DNA of 64,000 nt from a phage. Below the pieces are notes generated by a model. It had not been told where the DNA came from, searched no databases, and saw nothing but the letters and a program-made list of their open reading frames with translations. A program made the translations under genes and the position numbers. This document shows, piece after piece, positions 1 through 11,533 of the stretch. Every line of letters starts with the position of its first letter. The first letter of the stretch is position 1. The stretch is from the sequence record PX880103.1, one strand, 5' to 3'.

Positions 1-639
1 TAACACACCTTCTGGATGAATCTGGCGAGCTTCAGCAGTCATTTTGATTAATTCTTCCTTAAGAAGATCTAATCCTAGATATTCATTACCAGCTCGTGAT
101 AAAAGACGAACATCATCTAATTCATCACCTCTGACTTCAGCAAAGCACCGAGCCCCATCAGCTTTTAACTGGGCAAAGGCTGGAAATTTGATATTCTTAT
201 TAATGCCTTTTTCATCATAAGAACTTGCAAGCATTTGAGGTTGTTCAGGAATTAAACCTGGCCAAACTTTGTTTGCAATAGATACTGAAGCACCACATTC
301 AAGGTCTCGCATCATCACTCGACGCAAAACTTCAACATCATCTTTTTTACCATCGGTGATGTATCCAGTTAATTCCTCAATTGCCGCATTTCCAGTCAAT
401 TTCCGAGTAGCTAACGTGAATTCAATGAAGTCAAGCATATCGGTAAGAGTCAACATTCCAAAACTCTGGGTAGCAATACCAGGTTTAGGCCATTTCTTGA
501 TATAATACTGCAACCCACGAGAATAAGTCAGACGATATACTCGTTTAAGCAATTCATTATCTTTATTCTTTTCAAGAATTGCTTGCTTCTGCTTAGTTGA
601 ACCAATAGATGCTATTTCGTTCAGAATTTTAAGAATCAT
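1..639 (-). CDS. 30: DNA ligase gp30, N-terminal ~213 codons (remainder lies left of the window)
   Basis: Minus-strand ORF with ATG at 639 after AAGGA RBS, running off the left edge; hand translation MILKILNEIASIGST matches the T4 DNA ligase N-terminus as I recall it. Confidence 0.9.
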   Translation of the reverse strand, partial: MILKILNEIASIGSTKQKQAILEKNKDNELLKRVYRLTYSRGLQYYIKKWPKPGIATQSFGMLTLTDMLDFIEFTLATRKLTGNAAIEELTGYITDGKKDDVEVLRRVMMRDLECGASVSIANKVWPGLIPEQPQMLASSYDEKGINKNIKFPAFAQLKADGARCFAEVRGDELDDVRLLSRAGNEYLGLDLLKEELIKMTAEARQIHPEGVL

Positions 640-905
640 TGTTCATCCTTTAGAGTTTGGTTTACAGCTCTATTATAAATCAATTCATCATTAAGCTCAG
701 TCAAAGACCTATGGTACGTGGTTCTAACTTTATTTCCTTGCATCCAATGCTTGACGTAAATGAAACCTTGCTCTACACATTTTTTAAAAATTCGTTCGTC
801 TTTTTGAGCTCGGAATTCTGGATTGCATCTAAAAAATTGATTTACGTGACCATAATCACGTGTAGTATTACCTTCATTTTCATAAATAGTGTGAACGACA
901 AACAT
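636..905 (-). CDS. hypothetical protein (T4 30.1 position)
   Basis: 89-aa ORF; stop overlaps the gene 30 ATG (ATGA coupling). Confidence 0.55.
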   Translation of the reverse strand: MFVVHTIYENEGNTTRDYGHVNQFFRCNPEFRAQKDERIFKKCVEQGFIYVKHWMQGNKVRTTYHRSLTELNDELIYNRAVNQTLKDEQ

Positions 906-1768
906 TAGAATGCTCCTTGGAAAATATTATCACCACTAGTAATTCTATTAAAATACCCTGCGTCGCCAGGCTTAATATAACTCCACGTATGGAATGGATT
1001 CATATGATATAGATGTGTATAATATGGATTATATGGATGTGTATAATATGGATGATATGGATTTAATCCAGGAGTTCTCCATGTAGTATTTTGGCGAAAA
1101 GAATCGTTTTTAACCATCTTCTCAATTACATCTTTTATAGCTTTTTCACTATCAAAACTTTCTTTATTTTCCTTCGGCGAAAAAAGCTTATTTTCTACAT
1201 CATTCCATGTATAAACTCGCTGAGCAGTTTTTGGAATATTGTCACGCTCTCCTCGAGCCATCCAATAAACTGGAACATTTAATATTTCACTCGCATGATC
1301 GCAGTGGTGAGCGAGATCGTCAATATAACAAATTACGTTATATTTCTCTTTTGCCTTTTTGAACAACTCTTCTTTTGAAGAATCATGACCACACATCATT
1401 ACTTCTGAGAAGGCACCAGGAAAAAGAGCATTCAAATTAAATTGACGATTCAACAGAGCGTCAATAGAATCACCCAATGCTGTAACAGCTACAAAATTAT
1501 AATCTTCTTTTAATTTGTTAATTACACACAGGGCATCTTTATATGGAGACAAGTAACGAATAAAATCCGAACGATTGTATTTTTCAATTAACTTGACGCC
1601 AAGTTCTTCATCACAGTTAAAGAGTTTACCAGGAGAAATAAATTTCTCATCCTGGATCATTTTTAAAATATGTTCTAACGGAAGATTATATTTCTGAGCA
1701 AAATAAGGAAGGCCTGATTGCCAGCTTAAACATACTCCATCAATATCAGTTAAAATAGTAGGCTTCAT
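905..1768 (-). CDS. HAD-like hydrolase-family protein with C-terminal Tyr/His/Pro-rich repeat
   Basis: 287-aa ORF; N-terminal LTDIDGV resembles HAD motif I (DxDGx); C-terminus NPYHPYYTHPYNPYYTHLYHMNPFHTW is encoded by a DNA tandem repeat. Confidence 0.6.
   Translation of the reverse strand: MKPTILTDIDGVCLSWQSGLPYFAQKYNLPLEHILKMIQDEKFISPGKLFNCDEELGVKLIEKYNRSDFIRYLSPYKDALCVINKLKEDYNFVAVTALGDSIDALLNRQFNLNALFPGAFSEVMMCGHDSSKEELFKKAKEKYNVICYIDDLAHHCDHASEILNVPVYWMARGERDNIPKTAQRVYTWNDVENKLFSPKENKESFDSEKAIKDVIEKMVKNDSFRQNTTWRTPGLNPYHPYYTHPYNPYYTHLYHMNPFHTWSYIKPGDAGYFNRITSGDNIFQGAF
990..1075. repeat. in-frame tandem repeat (~18-21 nt unit, atgtgtataatatggatt-like) inside the 905..1768 ORF
   Basis: Read directly: repeated atatggat / atgtgtataatatgg units. 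Confidence 0.6.
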
Positions 1769-2229
1769 AAAGAGTCTCTTAATAGGTTTAACACATCAAT
1801 AAATTCAGCTTCGGTTAGTATTGTATCATCTTTTGTTAGACCACTAGCCATGCTGTGCTTCAAAACTTTTCCTTTCGAGGCTTGTAATGCATCACGAAAG
1901 CCCCTGTTTTGGAACGCTGCTTCAAAATATGCATTTGTGTATAATTCTTTCCACGCCGGGGAGTATCTTGAAAACGGAACTCCAAGCCAGAACAACGTGC
2001 CACGATCCTGAGCTCTAGCATAAGACCTTCCAGCTTGTTGGGCGGCAAGCCCGGATAACCCAAATATACGACGTTGCTGTTCAACATTTTTCACCTTACA
2101 CCCTTGGAGGAATCCTTCGAGACCTCCAAATTGAATGCCATCCATAACGAAAGGCCATTGGGCGAAATTACTTAATGCACATGATGGCCATTTAAAATTG
2201 CTTCTTATCTCTAGCTCAGACATTTTCAA
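1765..2229 (-). CDS. NADAR (YbiA-like) domain protein, putative ADP-ribose processing enzyme
   Basis: 154-aa ORF; motif ALSNFAQWPFVMDGIQF...EGFLQGCKV resembles the FSNF..WP..DG...EHYFQA.KF signature of E. coli YbiA as I recall it; size fits. Confidence 0.5.
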   Translation of the reverse strand: MKMSELEIRSNFKWPSCALSNFAQWPFVMDGIQFGGLEGFLQGCKVKNVEQQRRIFGLSGLAAQQAGRSYARAQDRGTLFWLGVPFSRYSPAWKELYTNAYFEAAFQNRGFRDALQASKGKVLKHSMASGLTKDDTILTEAEFIDVLNLLRDSL

Positions 2230-2422
2230 TACTTATAATTTCAACATCAGCCCAATGACCATAGCAAGGAAGACGAAATTCAACTGGCCAGTTAGGGTCC
2301 TTTTCTAATATAATAGACTGAACTTGTGGCTCTTCATATTCATCGGTATACGGACCTTTATACGTTACTTTATATGTGACCTTAATGTACTTAATTCCAA
2401 AAATCTTATTAATTATATTCAT
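2216..2422 (-). CDS. hypothetical protein
   Basis: 68-aa ORF, overlapping stop/start with neighbours. Confidence 0.5.
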   Translation of the reverse strand: MNIINKIFGIKYIKVTYKVTYKGPYTDEYEEPQVQSIILEKDPNWPVEFRLPCYGHWADVEIISIENV

Positions 2423-2616
2423 ACTAATTCCTTTAATCCGTAAATAGGAGATAATTCATCGCCCATACGAAGGTCTTCATTTCCATCTACCCAGGAAACA
2501 ATATAAGCCTCTTTTATTTGAATACCACTCCATTTAAATGGAGGTAGAACCTTAGAAATTAATCCAGGTATACCAACTCCCTTTAATTCAACAGTTTGAC
2601 CTAAAAAGAATTTCAT
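2419..2616 (-). CDS. hypothetical protein
   Basis: 65-aa ORF in translationally coupled chain. Confidence 0.5.
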   Translation of the reverse strand: MKFFLGQTVELKGVGIPGLISKVLPPFKWSGIQIKEAYIVSWVDGNEDLRMGDELSPIYGLKELV

Positions 2617-2903
2617 TAGAACCTCATCTGAAAGCCATGCGATTTAACATTACCGCCGCCAATATCAGAAATATTAATTTCACGCGCAATTGAAGGGTCA
2701 ATGTCAATTTCACGATTGAGTTTAGTGATAGCTAAAGTATCGCGCCCATTTACAGTACGGAACTCTAAAGGACATACTACATTAACGTAGTTTTTAATCG
2801 ATTCGCTGGTAGGTTGCAAATGAGCAGGAAGGTCTTTAGGCGCCTTAGAGAAAACCACTTCACAGAAATTTTTGCGGGTATCAAAATAAGTAGTCATAAA
2901 CAT
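2616..2903 (-). CDS. hypothetical protein
   Basis: 95-aa ORF. Confidence 0.55.
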   Translation of the reverse strand: MFMTTYFDTRKNFCEVVFSKAPKDLPAHLQPTSESIKNYVNVVCPLEFRTVNGRDTLAITKLNREIDIDPSIAREINISDIGGGNVKSHGFQMRF

Positions 2904-2944
2904 AGTATTTTCCTCAGTAAGGGGCCGAAGCCCCTCATTTTATT

Positions 2945-3310
2945 TTAAATATCAAATTCGTTAAGAACTACATCAAAGATTGCTTCAAGATGCTCAGGTT
3001 TAACTCTGTTACTCAGAATATGACGAATCCAAGTTTTAACCAGAAGCTTGCGATTAACGCCATTCCAGCAAGGATGAGTCCCTAAATCACGTTGACGAAA
3101 ATCATCATCCAAAGCGATTTTGAAGTTGGAACCTTTCATTGTGATTGAAACCGTGATGCCATTTTCAAATCGCATATAAACGTAGTTAGGAGTCATATAC
3201 TGTTCAATTTCGCATACTGATCCATTTTGATGTTTCCAAAGGCAAATAGTATCAATAGAACCTGCAATACCATTAGAAACATATTTACGTTCAAAGTTGA
3301 TGTAGTTCAT
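2945..3310 (-). CDS. hypothetical protein
   Basis: 121-aa ORF. Confidence 0.55.
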   Translation of the reverse strand: MNYINFERKYVSNGIAGSIDTICLWKHQNGSVCEIEQYMTPNYVYMRFENGITVSITMKGSNFKIALDDDFRQRDLGTHPCWNGVNRKLLVKTWIRHILSNRVKPEHLEAIFDVVLNEFDI

Positions 3311-3378
3311 TTTTATTCTCCGAGATGTTTAATTGCGGTACAGGTATATAATATCATATCCTGTACCAAAGTAAACAA

Positions 3379-3711
3379 TTATTTTACTACTTTCCAGTGC
3401 TGCATGTCAAGTTTACCAACTTTTTTCATCTTCTCAATTAAGCGTTCTGCGCGTTGGCGAGCTGTAACATAATGCCATTCACCTAATTCATTTTGTTCAA
3501 TTTTTCCAACGATTACTGTATTCAATTCATAAATCCAACCAGTAAAGAAATTATGAACTTGAATTGTAAAGGTGAAATCTGTTCCCATACCTTCTGTTGT
3601 TTCTACTTCAATAATATCACCTTCAACTGCCATTAAGAACCACATAGTTTCATCATATTTACCGTTGAAGCATTTAGTTTTAACTGCAGCGTTCAGATTA
3701 ATTGTTTTCAT
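3379..3711 (-). CDS. hypothetical protein
   Basis: 110-aa ORF preceded by AAGGAG RBS and an early promoter. Confidence 0.6.
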   Translation of the reverse strand: MKTINLNAAVKTKCFNGKYDETMWFLMAVEGDIIEVETTEGMGTDFTFTIQVHNFFTGWIYELNTVIVGKIEQNELGEWHYVTARQRAERLIEKMKKVGKLDMQHWKVVK

Positions 3712-3734
3712 TTTATTCTCCTTTGTTTGTGTAA

Positions 3735-3770
3735 GATAATACTATCACAAAGGAACTATACTGTAAACAA
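3735..3770 (-). promoter_or_regulatory. sigma70-type early promoter (GTTTAC -35, TAGTAT -10 on minus strand)
   Basis: Plus-strand gtaaac at 3763-3768 with a TAnnnT -10 about 17 bp downstream on the minus strand; same architecture recurs throughout the window. Confidence 0.5.
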
Positions 3771-3785
3771 CTTTGTGCAATCTTT

Positions 3786-3817
3786 GGAAAATAAAAAAGG
3801 ACTCCCGAAGGAGTCCT
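3786..3817 (-). terminator. rho-independent terminator (hairpin ggactccttcgggagtcc + T-run on minus strand)
   Basis: Perfect GC-rich stem with TTCG loop followed by TTTTTTATTTT on the minus strand, just downstream of the 3822..3998 ORF. Confidence 0.55.
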
Positions 3818-3821
3818 CAAC

Positions 3822-3998
3822 TTATGCTTTCTGCTTACCAAAACGAGAAGCATCATCTCGAAGAACCGCACGTGCTCGGCGCATGATCTTCTCAACAGTT
3901 TGATTGATACGAGAGTTCGACCCACGCTTGTAACCAGCGCGTTTAGAATCACCAACTTTCTTTTCAACTGCTTTCTTTGCTTTAGCTTGTTTTGCCAT
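3822..3998 (-). CDS. small lysine/arginine-rich protein (58 aa from internal ATG)
   Basis: Track ORF 3822..4040; internal start MAKQAKAKK preferred; terminator immediately downstream. Confidence 0.45.
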   Translation of the reverse strand: MAKQAKAKKAVEKKVGDSKRAGYKRGSNSRINQTVEKIMRRARAVLRDDASRFGKQKA

Positions 3999-4396
3999 TA
4001 TAAATTCTCTTTTAAATGAAAATGCAGGACTTATTGGCATTGCCTGCGCAAGCCCTCAAGGGGAACATAGGTTTTTGGATATTTAACGACCAGGATAACC
4101 ATAAACCCGTCATCATACCTTATAGCTCTTATCTGTTGCACACCGTTAGCTTAAAGGTTCCGGGTTCGATTTCTCGAGGATAAGATATATACTGATGGAT
4201 ATATAGGCCTTGAGGCGTACTCCCGATTGGCCATCACCTCGGGGTAGCATGCACTTGCCGCTATAAGAATAACATTCAAGAGGTACACCGTAAAACTGCC
4301 GGGGTCTTAAAACTATAATGATTCGCAAATCATTAATCAGACAGTTCGACGGCTCCTCGTTTTAACTTCACACTAAGGCAGTGACTCTCCAATAAA

Positions 4397-4645
4397 TTAC
4401 TTCAGTGTTACCACAAAGTGACGAACTGCTTTTCGTGCAGCAGAAGCCAGAGGCTTAGCATATTTAAGTTCATCTTTTTCCTGAAGCTCAGCAGCTAGTG
4501 CAGTTTGAGCAGGATTCAGATGTTTGAAATAACGCAGGATTTCAAGAGCTTCGGCTTCAACATCAATAGATGCGCCATAGTTTTCGTGACCATTATTCCA
4601 TGCGTTTCGTTGCAGTTCAAGAGCGTGTTGTAATTGTTTAATCAT
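4397..4645 (-). CDS. rIII: RIII lysis-inhibition accessory protein
   Basis: 82 aa, same length as T4 RIII; sequence MIKQLQHALELQRNAWNNGHENYG; position upstream of gene 31 as in T4. Confidence 0.85.
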   Translation of the reverse strand: MIKQLQHALELQRNAWNNGHENYGASIDVEAEALEILRYFKHLNPAQTALAAELQEKDELKYAKPLASAARKAVRHFVVTLK

Positions 4646-4792
4646 TTAAAAATTCTCATTAGAGATTAAAACTCAGTAGTCACGTTCTTCTGAATTTCAC
4701 TTCCTTTCGGCAAGTCTCTCAGTTGTAGACTACCACATAGAATTGTTCGGTTAACTTATTATTCCGACACCCAATTCATATTATTATTTATA

Positions 4793-5128
4793 TCACTTAT
4801 AAAGACACGGAATAGCTTTATAGTGACAGGTAACGAATTTTTGTTTAATTTCTTTTGGCTGCTTAAGACCCAGAGCTACAAAAGGATGCGGAACATTTCG
4901 AATTTGACCAACTGGAAGAGAAGTCAAATCGCCAACTTCGCAGAAACCTTTAGGAACATCAGGACCGACAGAGTGAACTACACACAGTTCAGGAACTTCA
5001 CCTTGGACACGTTTACCAATAATAAGTCCTGATTCTGTAACTTCTTCATCACCGGCTTGTGCAGGTTCAGAAACTAAAATAACATATTCACCGACAGCAC
5101 TAATTGGTAGCTGTTGTACTTCAGACAT
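4793..5128 (-). CDS. 31: gp31 co-chaperonin (GroES-like) for head assembly
   Basis: 111 aa, T4 gp31 length and position; flexible-loop-like region. Confidence 0.88.
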   Translation of the reverse strand: MSEVQQLPISAVGEYVILVSEPAQAGDEEVTESGLIIGKRVQGEVPELCVVHSVGPDVPKGFCEVGDLTSLPVGQIRNVPHPFVALGLKQPKEIKQKFVTCHYKAIPCLYK

Positions 5129-5184
5129 CGTTTTTCCTTTTTGTTAACAGATGAATTAATAATAACAAATAATTCTTAAAGCAT

Positions 5185-5493
5185 TTATTTACCAATAAAT
5201 TGGAGTAAATGCTCAACTTTCATACCATTAACGGAAATCAATTTGTCAATAGAAAAACCTCGCCATGCACCAAGCTCAACATCAAATACTGGAATCATGT
5301 CAGTAGATTCTTTCCGAGTAGATTCAGTCAATTTGCCAGTTTGCATGGTTGGCATAAAGTCTGCATCACGAGTACCTTTCATAGTACGAATAGTACCATC
5401 AGACTTTTCAAAAACTACGTTTGAAACACCCATGGACAATTTAGTTTTCAAAATTTCACGAATTGCTACTTTCTGCTCAGTTGTCAGTTTCAT
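5185..5493 (-). CDS. hypothetical protein (31.1 position)
   Basis: 102-aa ORF. Confidence 0.55.
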   Translation of the reverse strand: MKLTTEQKVAIREILKTKLSMGVSNVVFEKSDGTIRTMKGTRDADFMPTMQTGKLTESTRKESTDMIPVFDVELGAWRGFSIDKLISVNGMKVEHLLQFIGK

Positions 5494-5730
5494 TTATTTA
5501 CCTATTACAGTTTTAATATGAGTTGTTCCACGTTCTTTAAGGGTGGAAAGTAATTTTTGGCATTTTTCTAAATCAGATTTCCAACTATATGGTTTATCAA
5601 TACAAACCCAATTTGTCTTATAATACTGTTTCCATTTAGAGAAAAAATATTTCTTATACTCTACAGCAAATGAGATGTTCTCGTTAGAATAAGAACTAAT
5701 TGCTGTGAGCTTTACTAAACGAAATTTCAT
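5494..5730 (-). CDS. hypothetical protein (31.2 position)
   Basis: 78-aa ORF. Confidence 0.5.
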   Translation of the reverse strand: MKFRLVKLTAISSYSNENISFAVEYKKYFFSKWKQYYKTNWVCIDKPYSWKSDLEKCQKLLSTLKERGTTHIKTVIGK

Positions 5731-6311
5731 TATTCACCACAGAATTCGTTGATATTTTCCCAGTTTAACTTATTCAAGTTTTTCTTAGGAACATTAAACA
5801 CTTCAATACCTGCATTTCGCAGAATATCATCCCAGCCAGGTTTATTTTTATCGTATGTTTCGCAATAAACCAGCTTTTTAATACCAGATTGAGCTATCGC
5901 TTTTGCGCAATCTGGACAGGGAGAAAGTGTTACATACATAGTAGCACCTTCAATAGAAGAACCATTTCGTGCAGCAAACAAAATTGCATTTAGTTCAGCA
6001 TGAATTTCATTTTTAGATGACCATTCCGAGTGAGCACTACGATGTTCTTTCGCCAAAACAAAACGATCAGTTGAACCAAATGATACGCATTCAGGCTTAT
6101 GACCTTGAATGATAGTATGTTTAGGCTTATTCAACAACCAACCTTGCTCAGCAGCATAATCACAACAGTTCACACCCCCTGCGGGTGAACCGTTATATCC
6201 AGTAGAAATAATACGTCCATTCTTTTCAATTACTGCTCCTACCTTCCAGGAGCAACATTTTGATTCCTGCGATACTAAATATGCAATTTGAAGTACTGTA
6301 CTCGCTTTCAT
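5730..6311 (-). CDS. cd: dCMP deaminase
   Basis: 193 aa = T4 Cd length; cytidine/dCMP deaminase zinc motifs HAELNA and SPCPDCAKAI. Confidence 0.92.
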   Translation of the reverse strand: MKASTVLQIAYLVSQESKCCSWKVGAVIEKNGRIISTGYNGSPAGGVNCCDYAAEQGWLLNKPKHTIIQGHKPECVSFGSTDRFVLAKEHRSAHSEWSSKNEIHAELNAILFAARNGSSIEGATMYVTLSPCPDCAKAIAQSGIKKLVYCETYDKNKPGWDDILRNAGIEVFNVPKKNLNKLNWENINEFCGE

Positions 6312-6646
6312 TTCATAATCACCAGATAAGCAGATTTAGCAGTTTCAACACGATAAATTTCGTGACGAAGTTTAGTTATACTTTTAATAACAGAACTAAT
6401 TATATTCTGCCCATCTTTAAAGCGGTTTTTCTTATCAATAAAAACCGCGCCAGTCATCTTTTTGTGAAGCTCAACTGGATACTTCGTCACAATAATTGCA
6501 TCATACACAGAAGGATGAATACTATTCACCAGAATATCATTCATTAAAGTTATTCTAATGAACTGTGCTGTTTCAGAATCAAGCGCTCTATGATCGCCAG
6601 TATCATTTTCAAGACAATTATCAATTATATCAGTTAAATTCATCAT
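6308..6646 (-). CDS. hypothetical protein (cd.1 position)
   Basis: 112-aa ORF, ATGA overlap with cd. Confidence 0.55.
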   Translation of the reverse strand: MMNLTDIIDNCLENDTGDHRALDSETAQFIRITLMNDILVNSIHPSVYDAIIVTKYPVELHKKMTGAVFIDKKNRFKDGQNIISSVIKSITKLRHEIYRVETAKSAYLVIMK

Positions 6647-6882
6647 AGTACGCCATACACCCTTTGTGCTTCAACTAATCCATCAAAATCCAGTTTAAGA
6701 TGCGATATTTGATCGCCATCGCCTGGATTCACAATTACTAATACTGAACGAGGAGTTTCGGTAATAACACGAACCGATGTTTCAGGAAATCGTTCAGAAA
6801 CCTTATTTACTAATTCCTGTGCAAATAGTTTAACTTTTTCTTGAAATTCTTTAACAGTAATCGGTTTTTCACTTAGCAGCAT
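6643..6882 (-). CDS. hypothetical protein
   Basis: 79-aa ORF. Confidence 0.55.
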   Translation of the reverse strand: MLLSEKPITVKEFQEKVKLFAQELVNKVSERFPETSVRVITETPRSVLVIVNPGDGDQISHLKLDFDGLVEAQRVYGVL

Positions 6883-6907
6883 TTTGTTTTCCTCATTTGT
6901 TTGGTAG

Positions 6908-6943
6908 AGCTATAATATCACAACTCTACCGTAAAGTAAACTA
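6908..6943 (-). promoter_or_regulatory. sigma70-type early promoter
   Basis: Minus-strand GTTTAC at plus 6936-6941 and TATTAT -10 (plus 6912-6917). Confidence 0.5.
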
Positions 6944-7219
6944 TTAAATTGCTTTGAATTCTGCTGTCTGCGATTCAAAACGAATATCGCCTTTGATGAC
7001 TAGCTCAGCATCAAGACCGAATACAACAATGATATGCGCGGAACCTGGATACAACGTAATGGCAATAGAATCCACCTGGTCTGGAAGCAAAGTGTTCAAT
7101 ACATGAGTCACTTGAGCATGGATTCGAAGCTCAGCTGCGTTATCAAGTTTTTCAAACATATTATTAGCAATAATTTGGCTAAACACTACTTCTACGATTT
7201 TAGAATAAGTCGGAAACAT
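6944..7219 (-). CDS. hypothetical protein
   Basis: 91-aa ORF. Confidence 0.55.
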   Translation of the reverse strand: MFPTYSKIVEVVFSQIIANNMFEKLDNAAELRIHAQVTHVLNTLLPDQVDSIAITLYPGSAHIIVVFGLDAELVIKGDIRFESQTAEFKAI

Positions 7220-7283
7220 ATTTACCTCACATAATTTTCTTCAAGCCAATTAATAATATCCCAAGTTTCATGGTGCAAAGCCA

Positions 7284-8484
<1,201 letters not shown>

Positions 8485-8488
<4 letters not shown>

Positions 8489-8715
8489 TTATTTTTCTCA
8501 ACTAATGATTGAATATAATCATGTAGGTCTTTAGATGCTTTGCCCCACTTATTTTGGTATTCATTTTTAAGATTAGCACGTGATTGAGCTAATAAAACAT
8601 CATTAGTTGGAGGTAAAGATTCTAATCGCTGAATCTGGCGTCCATAAATCATTGCAGCCATCTCGGATTCATAAATCAATCCTTTGAGATGTTCAAATTG
8701 ATGCCATGAAATCAT
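8485..8715 (-). CDS. hypothetical protein
   Basis: 76-aa ORF. Confidence 0.5.
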
Positions 8716-9011
8716 TTACATTTATCCTCTTTTAACTCTTGACGATAATAGCATATCATAGTTTTCTGGTCGTGTACATATCGTTTTACATCATTAAGCC
8801 AAATACGAAATTCCTGGGAATCTTCAAATGGCATACCGACCCAAGCTTTACCATCAATAACTTTAACTTGCCAAGATAGTTTAGCTTCATCATATGACTT
8901 TATTTGCACAGGCCAATTAGGATGAACTGTTTCTTTCTTTACTTCTAGAGGCTTTGTCGAACAACCAACTAGAAGACCAATAGATAATATTACTGCTGAT
9001 AGTTTAATCAT
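8712..9011 (-). CDS. putative lipoprotein
   Basis: 99 aa; N-terminal signal peptide with lipobox LLVGC. Confidence 0.55.
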   Translation of the reverse strand: MIKLSAVILSIGLLVGCSTKPLEVKKETVHPNWPVQIKSYDEAKLSWQVKVIDGKAWVGMPFEDSQEFRIWLNDVKRYVHDQKTMICYYRQELKEDKCK

Positions 9012-9361
9012 TTAGAAAGGTCCTGGATGTCTTCTGCGAACTTGTTGAAGGAGTTGTTGATTTGTTTTTCAACCAATCCTGGCTTATGAGCCACCACATC
9101 CGCCTTCTTTGCGTCTTTGCGCAGTTTTTCATTTTCACGCTCAATAGCAGCAATTGCCTCACGATTTTTATTATTCATCGCATCAATATAATTATACTGA
9201 ATTCGTAAATTATTTAATGCTAAAGCGTTTTCATTGGCTGTTTTTGTAATTTCAGTAACTGATGTTTCTAATCTTTCTACCTTATGTTTTAAAATAATAG
9301 ATGTTCCGCCAAATGCTATTACGAGTAATAGCAAACCTGCTGTTGTATTACTTAATTGCAT
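9008..9361 (-). CDS. membrane-anchored coiled-coil protein
   Basis: 117 aa; N-terminal hydrophobic helix AGLLLLVIAFGG then charged helical region. Confidence 0.55.
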   Translation of the reverse strand: MQLSNTTAGLLLLVIAFGGTSIILKHKVERLETSVTEITKTANENALALNNLRIQYNYIDAMNNKNREAIAAIERENEKLRKDAKKADVVAHKPGLVEKQINNSFNKFAEDIQDLSK

Positions 9362-9855
9362 AAAGTTTTAATAACCTCTACAATATCGTCTTGAGAAAGA
9401 CCGTTAATTAAAATATGATGTTCAGCTGGAGATTTAGAAATTTTAAAGCATGCCTCAACATCTTCTGCCATATCCGATGCACTACGATTTGGATTACTAA
9501 TTCCAAGACGATGCTTTCCAGTCAAAGGATTAACGATGATATAGCATTTACAGCTATTGATATGAACATTAGGTTGAGTCTGATTAATGAACACTTCACA
9601 ATCATACTTAGCGAGTTGATTTTCTAAAAAGACTTTCATCTCTTCAACCGCATCAGGAAGCATATCACGGGCTTGCTCAAGACGACGATTTCGATATTCT
9701 TTAATGGTCGTTTTCCGCTTGACTTGCTTAGCTAAATCTTTCTTAAGATCGGTGATATATCCAACTCGACGATTTCCTTTAAATACAGAAATCCCATCTG
9801 TGGTATCACCATATGCTTCAACGACCATTTCAGTAGTAATAAGTTGTAAATCCAT
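9352..9855 (-). CDS. alc: Alc, inhibitor of host transcription on cytosine-containing DNA
   Basis: 167 aa from MDLQLITTEMVVEAYGD; length and position (pseT side of rnlA) match T4 Alc as recalled. Confidence 0.8.
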   Translation of the reverse strand: MDLQLITTEMVVEAYGDTTDGISVFKGNRRVGYITDLKKDLAKQVKRKTTIKEYRNRRLEQARDMLPDAVEEMKVFLENQLAKYDCEVFINQTQPNVHINSCKCYIIVNPLTGKHRLGISNPNRSASDMAEDVEACFKISKSPAEHHILINGLSQDDIVEVIKTLCN

Positions 9856-9919
9856 CATAAAGTCCTCATGTTATGTCAGTAAGACTACTATAACATAACA
9901 CGAGGGACTTGTAAACAGC

Positions 9920-11507
<1,588 letters not shown>

Positions 11508-11533
11508 AATAAATGGGCCTTGCGGCCCACTCC

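Noticed and set aside
4141-4180. tRNA-like T-loop motif GGTTCGATT
   Set aside because: No complementary T-stem, acceptor stem or D-arm could be built around it on either strand; kept only as part of the unexplained noncoding segment
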